32,000 nucleotides of DNA from assembly GCF_001457615.1 (NCBI RefSeq), contig NZ_LN831024.1:600001-632000 (forward strand), read 5' to 3'. The notes under the pieces were generated by a model. It was not told the DNA's origin. It ran no database searches and saw nothing but the letters and a program-made list of their open reading frames with translations. Each line of letters opens with the position of its first letter. Position 1 is the stretch's first letter. This DNA comes from Pseudomonas aeruginosa (GTDB lineage: Bacteria > Pseudomonadota > Gammaproteobacteria > Pseudomonadales > Pseudomonadaceae). The position numbers and the translations under genes are program-made. Below are positions 24,653 to 32,000 of this stretch, one piece after another.

Positions 24653-26647
24653 TCAGCTCTGGGAAGGCGATGAAGCGGCAACACTGTAGTGCTCTCTGAG
24701 CAAGGCTTTCTCTTCATCGGTCAGTTCACTGTAGCTCTTCTGCATGACGCTGCGTAAACGCTCCTCCCGCTCGCCGAAACGCTGGCTCTCGGAGAGTTTA
24801 GTAATGGTGTCGAAGAACTGCTTTTCAAGGTTCTCCTGGACGATCAGCCACTCCTTCTCGCCCAGGGCCTGCAGCAGGCGGCCCTGGGGCGTGCCGTGCC
24901 AGCGCGCGATGAGTTGCATCGAGCTCTGCCGCGGGTTCTTCTGCAGGGCTTCCAGCAGGGACACCAGCAACTGGGCGTAGGTATCCTGCTCCCTGGCGAG
25001 GGTGCCCGCATCGTCGACCTTCAAGGCCAGCTGCGGATGATGCAGCAAGGTGCGCAGGGCGTTGAGGGTGGTGGACTCCACGCTGACCGGCGTTCGTTGC
25101 GGAGCCTTGAAGTCGCCGCGGCCGCCTTTGTCCCACTTCTTCTTGCCATCCCACTTCTTGCCGTCCCAGGGCTTCTTGTCCTTGTTCCAGCTCTTGCGCG
25201 GTTGCGCCTCGCCATAGCCTGGCGCAGCGTCGAACGGCGCATGGGAGGGCTCGTTCTCGTAGTAGGCGCTGGCGGCGAAATAGTCGTCGCCGTCCAAGAC
25301 GCCGCTCGCTCCGTGGTCCATGGACGACGGTGGCGGGCTGTGGTGCGCCAGTTGTCCGATGTTTTCGCCGGACAGGCCGGTGATTTCCGACAGACGTTGC
25401 CGCATCAGCAGGCGCAGGTTGTTCCCGGGAATCTTCTCCAGCAGCGGCGCGGCGAGGGTCGCCAGGTGGGCCTTGCCTTCCAGGGTGGCGGGGTCGGCCT
25501 CCAGCATCAGTTGCTGGAAGAAGTACTCCGCCAGCGGCTGGGCCTGCTGGGTGATGCGTGCGCGGAAGGCATCCTCGCCCTCGGCGCGTACCAGGCTGTC
25601 CGGGTCCTCCCCCTCGGGGAGGAACAGGAAGCGCACGCGCTTGCCGTCCTGCAGGTTCGGCAGCACCGACTCCAGGGCGCGCCAGGCCGCCTTGCGGCCG
25701 GCCTGGTCGCCGTCGAAACAGAACAGGATGCTCGGTACCAGGCGGAACAGGCGCTTGATGTGTTCCTCGCTGGTCGCCGTGCCGAGGGTCGCCACCGCGT
25801 TGCGGATGCCTTGCTGGGCCAGGGCGATGACATCCATGTAGCCCTCGACCACCATGATCTCGTCGAGGTCGCGATTCTTCTGCCGGGCTTCGTAGAGTCC
25901 GTAGAGTTCCTGGCCCTTGTGGAAGACCGGAGTCTCCGGGGAGTTCAGGTACTTCGGCTTGTCGTCGCCGAGCACCCGGCCGCCGAAGGCGATGATCCGC
26001 CCGCGGCTGTCGCGGATCGGGAACATCACGCGATCGCGGAAGCGGTCGTAGCGCTTGCCGGTGTCGCTGTTCTCCACCAGCAGGCCGGCGTCGAGCATGG
26101 CCTTGAGTTGCAGGTTGTCGCCACCCAGGTGCTTGAGCAGGTTGTCCCAGCCGGGCGGGGCGAAACCGAGGCCGAAGTCGCGGGCGATCTCGCCGGTCAG
26201 GCCGCGGCCCTTCAGGTAGTTCACCGCGGCCTTGCGCGCCGGGTGGCTTTTCAGCGCCTGCTTGTAGAACTCGGCGGCGGCGCTGAGCAGCGGGTAGAGC
26301 GGCGAGTCGGTCGGCTGGCGCGGCGTGTGCCCGCGTCCGCCGCGTTCCTCGCGCGGCACGTCCATGCCGGCGCGCTTGGCCAGTTCCTCGACCGCCTGGG
26401 GGAACTCCAGCTGGTCGTGGTCCATGACGAAGCCGAGCGCGTTGCCGCCGGCGCCGCAGCCGAAGCAGTAGTAGAACTGCTTGTCCGGGCTGACGGTGAA
26501 CGAGGGAGTCTTTTCCTTGTGGAACGGGCAGCAGGCGCTGTAGTTCTTGCCGGTTTTCTTCAGTTGGATGCGTGAACTCACCACCTCGACGATGTCGGTG
26601 CGGTTCAGCAGGTCATCGATGAAGCTTTGCGGTATCAGGCCGGCCAT
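24653..26647 (-). CDS. dnaG: DNA primase
   Basis: Zinc-binding CCPFHKEKTPSFTVSPDKQFYYCFGCGAGGN, TOPRIM (VVEGYMDVIAL...FDGDQAGRKAA) and a C-terminal DnaB-interaction domain. 664 aa. Confidence 0.98.
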   Translation of the reverse strand: MAGLIPQSFIDDLLNRTDIVEVVSSRIQLKKTGKNYSACCPFHKEKTPSFTVSPDKQFYYCFGCGAGGNALGFVMDHDQLEFPQAVEELAKRAGMDVPREERGGRGHTPRQPTDSPLYPLLSAAAEFYKQALKSHPARKAAVNYLKGRGLTGEIARDFGLGFAPPGWDNLLKHLGGDNLQLKAMLDAGLLVENSDTGKRYDRFRDRVMFPIRDSRGRIIAFGGRVLGDDKPKYLNSPETPVFHKGQELYGLYEARQKNRDLDEIMVVEGYMDVIALAQQGIRNAVATLGTATSEEHIKRLFRLVPSILFCFDGDQAGRKAAWRALESVLPNLQDGKRVRFLFLPEGEDPDSLVRAEGEDAFRARITQQAQPLAEYFFQQLMLEADPATLEGKAHLATLAAPLLEKIPGNNLRLLMRQRLSEITGLSGENIGQLAHHSPPPSSMDHGASGVLDGDDYFAASAYYENEPSHAPFDAAPGYGEAQPRKSWNKDKKPWDGKKWDGKKKWDKGGRGDFKAPQRTPVSVESTTLNALRTLLHHPQLALKVDDAGTLAREQDTYAQLLVSLLEALQKNPRQSSMQLIARWHGTPQGRLLQALGEKEWLIVQENLEKQFFDTITKLSESQRFGEREERLRSVMQKSYSELTDEEKALLREHYSVAASSPSQS

Positions 26648-26729
26648 GGTGTTCTCGAAAACGACGGCGCGTGGGCGCAGAGCGGCAGCATAGCAATTAT
26701 CGCCGGGCCGATCAGGCCGGCGCGGTGTT

Positions 26730-27179
26730 TCAGGAGGAGAGGCGCGCCTTCAGGCGCTGGCTGACCTGTGCCATGTCGACGCGACCCTGGACCTGCGGTC
26801 GCAGCAGGTTCATCGCCTTGCCCATGTCCTGCGGACCCTGGGCGCCGCTGTCGACGATGCTGCGCTCGATCAGGGCGTCGATATCATGGTCGTCCAGGGG
26901 CTTGGGCATGAAGTCCTGGAGCACGAGGATCTCGGCAGCCTCGACCTCGGCGAGGTCCTGGCGGCCGGCGTCGCTGAACTGGCGCTGGGCGTCGCGGCGC
27001 TGCTTGATCATCCGGTCGAGGATCAGCAGGGCTCGGGCGTCATCCACCTCGATGCGTTCGTCGACTTCGACGCGCTTGATGTCCGCGAGGGCCAGGCGCA
27101 ACGTGGTCAGCCGCGGCTTGTCCTGGGCGCGCATGGCGACCTTGACGGCGTCGAGGAGGCGGGATTTGATTTCGCTCAT
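26730..27179 (-). CDS. GatB/YqeY domain-containing protein (149 aa)
   Basis: MSEIKSRLLDAVKVAMRAQDKPRLTTLRLALADIK...QDMGKAMNLLRPQVQGRVDMAQVSQRLKARL, the YqeY family pattern. It lies between rpsU and dnaG. Confidence 0.9.
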   Translation of the reverse strand: MSEIKSRLLDAVKVAMRAQDKPRLTTLRLALADIKRVEVDERIEVDDARALLILDRMIKQRRDAQRQFSDAGRQDLAEVEAAEILVLQDFMPKPLDDHDIDALIERSIVDSGAQGPQDMGKAMNLLRPQVQGRVDMAQVSQRLKARLSS

Positions 27180-27184
27180 GGCGG

Positions 27185-27213
27185 AAAGCCGAAAGCCCGG
27201 CCGGGGCCGGGCT
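27185..27213 (-). terminator. hairpin / partial terminator (attenuator) between rpsU and the yqeY-like gene
   Basis: The minus strand reads AGCCCGGCC-cc-GGCCGGGCT, a 9-bp perfect stem, followed by TTTCGGCTTTCC. This is analogous in position to the internal terminator of the enterobacterial rpsU-dnaG-rpoD operon. Confidence 0.5.
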
Positions 27214-27248
27214 GAGGCACGATCACTGACGCGTGGGCGTCGAGTGGA

Positions 27249-27464
27249 TCAGTACAGGCGCTCGCGACGGCGCTGTTCGCGCTGTACTTTCTTCGCGTGG
27301 CGCTTCACTGCGGCAGCGGCCTTGCGCTTGCGCTCGGCAGTGGGCTTCTCGTAGAACTCGCGGCTGCGAACTTCAGCCAGTACACCTGCTTTTTCGCAGG
27401 AGCGCTTGAAACGACGCAGGGCTACGTCGAAGGGTTCGTTCTCTTTTACTTTGACGGCTGGCAT
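27249..27464 (-). CDS. rpsU: 30S ribosomal protein S21 (71 aa)
   Basis: [71 protein letters not shown]. The start is trimmed to M45 of the track ORF. Confidence 0.98.
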   Translation of the reverse strand: MPAVKVKENEPFDVALRRFKRSCEKAGVLAEVRSREFYEKPTAERKRKAAAAVKRHAKKVQREQRRRERLY

Positions 27465-27547
27465 CCAGGTCGTACCTTCACTGATTACCGGGGGTTGAAC
27501 GTACTCCGGCAAGGTGGCGCGGATACGTCGGTTTTCAAGGGTTGCGG

Positions 27548-27576
27548 ATATTAACGGTTCGGCCGGAGGAATGCAA
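27548..27576 (-). promoter_or_regulatory. candidate sigma70 promoter for rpsU: TTGCAT-N17-TAATAT
   Basis: On the minus strand the -35 TTGCAT is at 27576..27571 and the -10 TAATAT at 27553..27548, with a 17-nt spacer, about 80 nt upstream of the rpsU ATG in the rpsU/tsaD divergent region. Confidence 0.45.
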
Positions 27577-27664
27577 AGCCTCCGATCGAAAAACACTGGT
27601 CTGGCGCAAAGCCGCCGATTATCATGCGCGGCTTCGTATTTGCCAAGCTCTAAGGCTCAAGCCC

Positions 27665-28690
27665 ATGCGCGTGCTGGGACTGGAAACGTCCTGCGACGAA
27701 ACCGGCGTCGCCCTTTACGACAGCGAACGCGGCCTGCTGGCCGACGCGCTGTTCAGTCAGATCGACCTCCATCGCGTCTACGGCGGCGTCGTGCCCGAGC
27801 TGGCCTCGCGCGACCACGTCAAGCGCATGCTGCCGCTGATCCGCCAGGTGCTCGACGAGTCCGGCTGCACGCCGGCGGATATCGACGCGATCGCCTATAC
27901 CGCCGGCCCCGGCCTGGTCGGCGCCCTGCTGGTGGGGGCTTCCTGTGCCCAGGCGATGGCCTTCGCCTGGGGCGTGCCGGCGGTCGGCGTGCACCACATG
28001 GAAGGGCACCTGCTGGCGCCGATGCTGGAAGAGCAGCCACCGCAGTTCCCGTTCGTCGCCTTGCTGGTTTCCGGCGGTCACACCCAGTTGGTGCGGGTGG
28101 ACGGCATCGGTCGCTACCAGTTGCTTGGCGAATCGGTGGACGATGCCGCCGGCGAAGCCTTCGACAAGACCGCCAAGCTGATCGGCCTGGGCTATCCCGG
28201 CGGTCCGGAAATCGCCCGCCTGGCGGAGCTCGGCACTCCTGGCCGCTTCGTGTTCCCGCGGCCGATGACCGATCGCCCCGGCCTGGACTTCAGCTTCAGC
28301 GGGCTCAAGACCTTTACCCTGAACACCTGGCAGCGTTGCGTCGAGGCCGGCGACGACAGCGAGCAGACCCGCTGCGACATCGCCCTGGCGTTCCAGACCG
28401 CGGTGGTCGAGACCCTGCTGATCAAGTGCCGTCGCGCCTTGAAGCAGACCGGCCTGAAGAACCTGGTGATCGCCGGCGGCGTCAGCGCCAACCAGGCGCT
28501 GCGCAGCGGCCTGGAAAAGATGCTCGGCGAAATGAAGGGGCAGGTGTTCTACGCCCGCCCGCGCTTCTGCACCGACAATGGCGCGATGATCGCCTACGCC
28601 GGCTGCCAGCGCCTGCTCGCCGGCCAGCATGACGGCCCGGCGATCAGCGTCCAGCCGCGCTGGCCGATGGAGTCGCTGCCGGCGGTCTGA
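27665..28690 (+). CDS. tsaD: tRNA N6-adenosine threonylcarbamoyltransferase TsaD (Gcp/Kae1 family)
   Basis: [37 protein letters not shown] and CTDNGAMIA motifs. 341 aa. The start is trimmed to the ATG at 27665. Confidence 0.97.
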   Translation: MRVLGLETSCDETGVALYDSERGLLADALFSQIDLHRVYGGVVPELASRDHVKRMLPLIRQVLDESGCTPADIDAIAYTAGPGLVGALLVGASCAQAMAFAWGVPAVGVHHMEGHLLAPMLEEQPPQFPFVALLVSGGHTQLVRVDGIGRYQLLGESVDDAAGEAFDKTAKLIGLGYPGGPEIARLAELGTPGRFVFPRPMTDRPGLDFSFSGLKTFTLNTWQRCVEAGDDSEQTRCDIALAFQTAVVETLLIKCRRALKQTGLKNLVIAGGVSANQALRSGLEKMLGEMKGQVFYARPRFCTDNGAMIAYAGCQRLLAGQHDGPAISVQPRWPMESLPAV

Positions 28691-28768
28691 GTGGCCGCCA
28701 GGTCGCAGTCAGGCAGGTGTCGATGACGCAGCTGGGCCAGACTGCATGAAGTTTTTTCCTTTTATGGA

Positions 28769-29338
28769 TTAGAAATGCCGTTCGCGGCCGGCGAACAGAT
28801 CGCGTAAGTTGGCGCGGTGCCGCCAGACGATCAGGCCGGTCAGCACGGTCATCGGCAGCAGCGCTCCGGGCTGCTGCCAGGCCAGCAACGGCAGGGTCAG
28901 CGGGGTGGCCACCAGCGAGGCGAGCGAGCTGGTGCGCGACAGCTTGAAGGTCAGCAGCCAGGCCGCCGCGGCCAGCAGTACGGCCGGCGGATAGAGGCCG
29001 AGGAGCATGCCCGCGGCGGTGGCGACACCCTTGCCGCCGCGGAAGTTGAAGTACAGCGGGTACAGGTGGCCGATCACGGCGGCGATGCCGACCCAGGCCT
29101 CCTCCATCACGCCGAGCCCCAGCCAGCGGGCGACCAGCACCGGCAGCAGGCCTTTGCCGACGTCGCCGAGCAGGGTCAGGATGGCGAGTTTCTTCCCGGC
29201 GACGCGCAGCATGTTGGTCGCGCCGGGGTTGCCGGAACCGCTGGCGCGCGGGTCCTGGGTGCCGAACCAGCGGCTGAGCAGGACGGCGAAGGAGAGGGAA
29301 CCGAGCAGGTAGGCGAGGATCGCCAGTAGCCAGACCAT
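28769..29338 (-). CDS. plsY: glycerol-3-phosphate acyltransferase PlsY (189 aa)
   Basis: [26 protein letters not shown] and [12 protein letters not shown] motifs in a polytopic membrane protein. ATG at 29338. Confidence 0.93.
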   Translation of the reverse strand: MVWLLAILAYLLGSLSFAVLLSRWFGTQDPRASGSGNPGATNMLRVAGKKLAILTLLGDVGKGLLPVLVARWLGLGVMEEAWVGIAAVIGHLYPLYFNFRGGKGVATAAGMLLGLYPPAVLLAAAAWLLTFKLSRTSSLASLVATPLTLPLLAWQQPGALLPMTVLTGLIVWRHRANLRDLFAGRERHF

Positions 29339-29421
29339 GGATTCCACCGAGGACGAGGGTGTCCTCGATTCTAACGGGGCGGCGCACGCTTGTCGTGGCA
29401 TCCCTTGGAGCGGATAGCGAA

Positions 29422-29775
29422 GTGGACAGAGTTTTTATCGAAGGCTTGGAGGTCGATACCGTCATCGGCGTGTACGACTGGGAGCGCGGCATCCGTCAGT
29501 GCCTGCGCCTGGACCTGACCCTGGGCTGGGACAACCGTCCGGCCGCCGCGGGCGACGATCTCGCCCTGGCGCTGGACTATGCCGCGTTGTCCGAGCGGGT
29601 GCAGGAGTTCGCCCGGGAATCGCATTTCCAGTTGGTGGAAACCTTCGCCGAGCGCCTCGCCGAGGTACTGATGGGCGAGCGCGGCATTCCCTGGCTGCGC
29701 ATCCGCGTGACCAAGCCCGGCGCGGTGCCGGCGGCCCGTGGCGTTGGCGTGGAGATCGAACGCGGATGTCGCTGA
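29422..29775 (+). CDS. folB: dihydroneopterin aldolase (117 aa)
   Basis: (V/M)[25 protein letters not shown]...DYAALSERV...[10 protein letters not shown] pattern. GTG at 29422 gives the family-typical N-terminus, and the upstream extension in the track is unlikely. It is divergent from plsY, as in other gammaproteobacteria. Confidence 0.88.
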   Translation: MDRVFIEGLEVDTVIGVYDWERGIRQCLRLDLTLGWDNRPAAAGDDLALALDYAALSERVQEFARESHFQLVETFAERLAEVLMGERGIPWLRIRVTKPGAVPAARGVGVEIERGCR

Positions 29776-30308
29776 TCCCGGTCTACCTCGGCCTCGGCAG
29801 CAATGTCGAGCGTGAGCGCCATCTGCATGCCGGCCTCGATGCGCTGGCCGCTTTCCTTCATGACCTGCGTTGTTCGCCGGTATTCGAGAGCGAGCCGGTG
29901 GGTATCAAGAGCGGGCCGTTCTTCAACCTGGTGGTGTCTGCCCGCACCGATCTGCCGCTGGCCGAACTGAGCCTGCGACTCAAGCACATCGAGGCCGACA
30001 ATGGCCGCTATGCGCCAGAGCGCAAGGGGCTGCCGCTGGATATCGACGTGCTGTTCTACGGCGACCTGGTGGGCGATTTCGATGGCCTGGTGCTGCCGCG
30101 CGCCGAAGTGCTGAAGAACGCTTTCGTGCTCTGGCCCTTGTCCGAGCTGGCGCCGAACCTGGAGCATCCGGTCGCCCGCCAGCCGCTGGGCGATCTCTGG
30201 CGCGAGACGAGGATCCAGCAGAAGCTCTGGCCGGCGCCATTCGAATGGCGTGGCCAGGCGTTGACTCCCGAAGCGCTGCTTCAGGCCTTTCCGCGTTCTT
30301 CCTTGTAG
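29766..30308 (+). CDS. folK: HPPK-family protein (2-amino-4-hydroxy-6-hydroxymethyldihydropteridine diphosphokinase paralog, divergent) (180 aa)
   Basis: [30 protein letters not shown] and [11 protein letters not shown] align with HPPK motifs. The ATG at 29766 overlaps the folB 3' end by 10 nt. Several canonical motif residues differ (see findings). Confidence 0.8.
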   Translation: MSLIPVYLGLGSNVERERHLHAGLDALAAFLHDLRCSPVFESEPVGIKSGPFFNLVVSARTDLPLAELSLRLKHIEADNGRYAPERKGLPLDIDVLFYGDLVGDFDGLVLPRAEVLKNAFVLWPLSELAPNLEHPVARQPLGDLWRETRIQQKLWPAPFEWRGQALTPEALLQAFPRSSL

Positions 30309-31513
30309 GCCTTGAGTGCGGCGAGGCGCGCACGCTTCAGCGCCTCGCCCAGTTCCGCGCCCTTCAAGCCCTTTTCCACCAGCGGCTTCACGCTGACTGC
30401 CCGCGCTGCCTGCGCCGCGCCGAGCAGGTAGGCGGCCTGCGGATAGTCCCGCTGTTCCAGGCCGAGGCGGCCGCGCGCGTCCATCTCGCTGGCGGCGACG
30501 AACTCCTCGAAACGCTGCGGGCGGCGATACACGTCGAAGCTCTGCAACAGCTCCAGCAGTGTATTCGGGCGCAGCTCCAGCGCCCGATGGGCGTGGGTGT
30601 GGTACTCGCCCACCAGGCGCGCCAGTTCCTGGCAGTCGCGCGGCACCCTGAAGCGCTGGTTCACCGCATCGATCAACGGCACGCCGCGGGCCTCGTGGGC
30701 GATATGGCGGGGCCAGTCCGCTTCGCTGGTGAGTCCCTTGCCCAGGTCGTGCAGCAGGCAGGCCCAGCGTACGCTGAGCGGCTGCCGGTGGCGGGCGCAT
30801 TGCTGCAATACCGACAGGACATGGACGCCGGTATCGATTTCCGGATGGTGGGCCGCCGGCTGCGGTACGCCGAATAGCGCCTCGACTTCCGGGATCAGTT
30901 CGGCCAGGGCGCCGCAGTCGTGCAGGACCTGGATGAAGACCTCGGGGTTGGGTTCCATCAGGGCTCGGGAAATTTCCTTCCAACTGCGCTCCGGGGTCAG
31001 CGCCTGCAACTCGCCGGATTCCGCCAGTTGGCGCATCAGGGCGAGGGTTTCGGCGGCGACCCGGAAGCCCAGGCCGGCGTAGCGGGCGGCGAAGCGCGCT
31101 ACGCGCAGGACCCGCAGGGGATCCTCGGCGAACGCCGGGGAAACGTGACGCAGCAGGCGCGCCTCGAGGTCGGCCTGGCCGCCGTAGGGGTCTATTACCC
31201 GGCCCTGTTCGTCCTCGGCCATGGCGTTGATGGTCAGGTCACGGCGAGTCAGGTCTTCCTCCAGGGTCACCTCGGGGCTGGCATGGAAGGTGAAGCCGCC
31301 GTAGCCGCGCCCGCTCTTTCGCTCGGTGCGCGCCAGGGCGTATTCCTCGCCGCTCTGCGGATGAAGGAAGACCGGGAAGTCGGCGCCCACCGGGCGGTAG
31401 CCGCGGGCGAGCATCTCGTCGCTGCTGGCACCGACCACCACCCAGTCGATATCGGTGACCGGACGGCCGAGAAGGCGATCGCGCACGGCGCCGCCGACCT
31501 TGTAAATCTGCAT
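30281..31513 (-). CDS. cca: multifunctional CCA-adding tRNA nucleotidyltransferase with an HD phosphohydrolase domain
   Basis: [16 protein letters not shown]...[25 protein letters not shown], and HD region CLLHDLGK. 410 aa. Confidence 0.97.
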   Translation of the reverse strand: MQIYKVGGAVRDRLLGRPVTDIDWVVVGASSDEMLARGYRPVGADFPVFLHPQSGEEYALARTERKSGRGYGGFTFHASPEVTLEEDLTRRDLTINAMAEDEQGRVIDPYGGQADLEARLLRHVSPAFAEDPLRVLRVARFAARYAGLGFRVAAETLALMRQLAESGELQALTPERSWKEISRALMEPNPEVFIQVLHDCGALAELIPEVEALFGVPQPAAHHPEIDTGVHVLSVLQQCARHRQPLSVRWACLLHDLGKGLTSEADWPRHIAHEARGVPLIDAVNQRFRVPRDCQELARLVGEYHTHAHRALELRPNTLLELLQSFDVYRRPQRFEEFVAASEMDARGRLGLEQRDYPQAAYLLGAAQAARAVSVKPLVEKGLKGAELGEALKRARLAALKAYKEERGKA

Positions 31514-31556
31514 GGGAATCCTCCGCGTGATAGGCGGAAGTCTACCCCAGGGTGTC

Positions 31557-32000
31557 CTAGCGGGCGCGTGGAAGCAGCCGGAGCAGGGCGCCGACCGCCA
31601 GTTCGAGCTGTTCCGGATTGGCCCTGGCGGGGCTGAGGCCGGTGCTTACCATACCTTCCCAGAGAACGCGCTCCTCCAGGTCGACCAGGCGCACGCGCAA
31701 TGTCCCGGTTTCGTCGCGCAGGCTGTGGATCGCCAGATAAGGCCCCATGCCGGAGGTGGGCGGAAGGTCGGGGCGGAATTCCAGCGGTGCGTCGCGTAGC
31801 GCCAGCCAGTAGTAGACGCGGAATTGCGGGGTAGCGCTCTCGTGGTAGCCGTGGGTCGCCAGTCCCTGGCGCAGCTCTGCGTTTATCAGCGGATAGCGGT
31901 TGCGGTAGGGCAGGGCGTCGACCGCCTGTTCCGGCGGCATCAACTGGAAACCTTGCAGGCCGGGCAGTCCGGCGCTGGCCGGATGGGTCACCCGGGCGCT
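31557..32000 (-). CDS. hypothetical protein, DUF4136-like C-terminal region; 5' end runs out of the window
   Basis: The ORF is open to the window edge, and the track's start at 31991 is a GTG that is probably internal. ...[18 protein letters not shown]... resembles the DUF4136 lipoprotein pattern. Confidence 0.6.
   Translation of the reverse strand, partial: SARVTHPASAGLPGLQGFQLMPPEQAVDALPYRNRYPLINAELRQGLATHGYHESATPQFRVYYWLALRDAPLEFRPDLPPTSGMGPYLAIHSLRDETGTLRVRLVDLEERVLWEGMVSTGLSPARANPEQLELAVGALLRLLPRAR

Noticed and set aside
28695-28760. Possible bidirectional terminator between convergent tsaD and plsY (GCAGTC...GACTGC followed by TTTTTT).
   Set aside because: The stem is only 6 bp with a 29-nt loop. 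The T-run alone is not enough to call a terminator.

Overview
High-GC gammaproteobacterial chromosome. Gene order and protein sequences match my recollection of Pseudomonas aeruginosa (PAO1-like, roughly PA0551-PA0585), which cannot be verified here. The content is mostly core housekeeping genes. Left to right: epd-pgk-(two small lipoproteins)-fba-(lipoprotein); a run of small metabolic and unknown genes (NTF2-like, SAM methyltransferase, HI0933-type flavoprotein, a frameshifted DUF45/YgjP HExxH peptidase, HAD hydrolase, DUF805); a divergent AraC-cupin regulator and AhpD-like gene pair; a membrane protein; and a 52-aa Pmp3/YqaE proteolipid that is below the ORF-track cutoff. Next come a tightly coupled four-gene operon of small acidic proteins (11242-13151) and the secreted M60-like metalloprotease ImpA. 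A visibly AT-richer ~2.5 kb islet (about 16260-18782) follows, holding a truncated NERD gene, a class-II Fic AMPylase with a C-terminal wHTH, tandem palindromic operator-like sites and an integrase N-terminal remnant, and it abuts a CAT-anticodon tRNA. After that come the 1245-aa SBP-PAS-GGDEF-EAL protein RmcA, the macromolecular-synthesis cluster rpsU-(yqeY-like)-dnaG-rpoD, divergent tsaD, plsY, folB, a divergent HPPK paralog, cca and a partial DUF4136-like gene. The most interesting candidates are: (i) the four-gene operon, in which two members carry toxin-immunity or protein-inhibitor type folds (SUKH-1/SMI1-KNR4 and DMP19/DUF4375) with no toxin in cis; (ii) the decayed tRNA-linked islet with the autoinhibited Fic-wHTH and its operator-like repeats; (iii) a tRNA promoter embedded in the last codons of rmcA. 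No CRISPR array, rRNA or intact mobile element was seen. The many long antisense ORFs in the track are high-GC artefacts.
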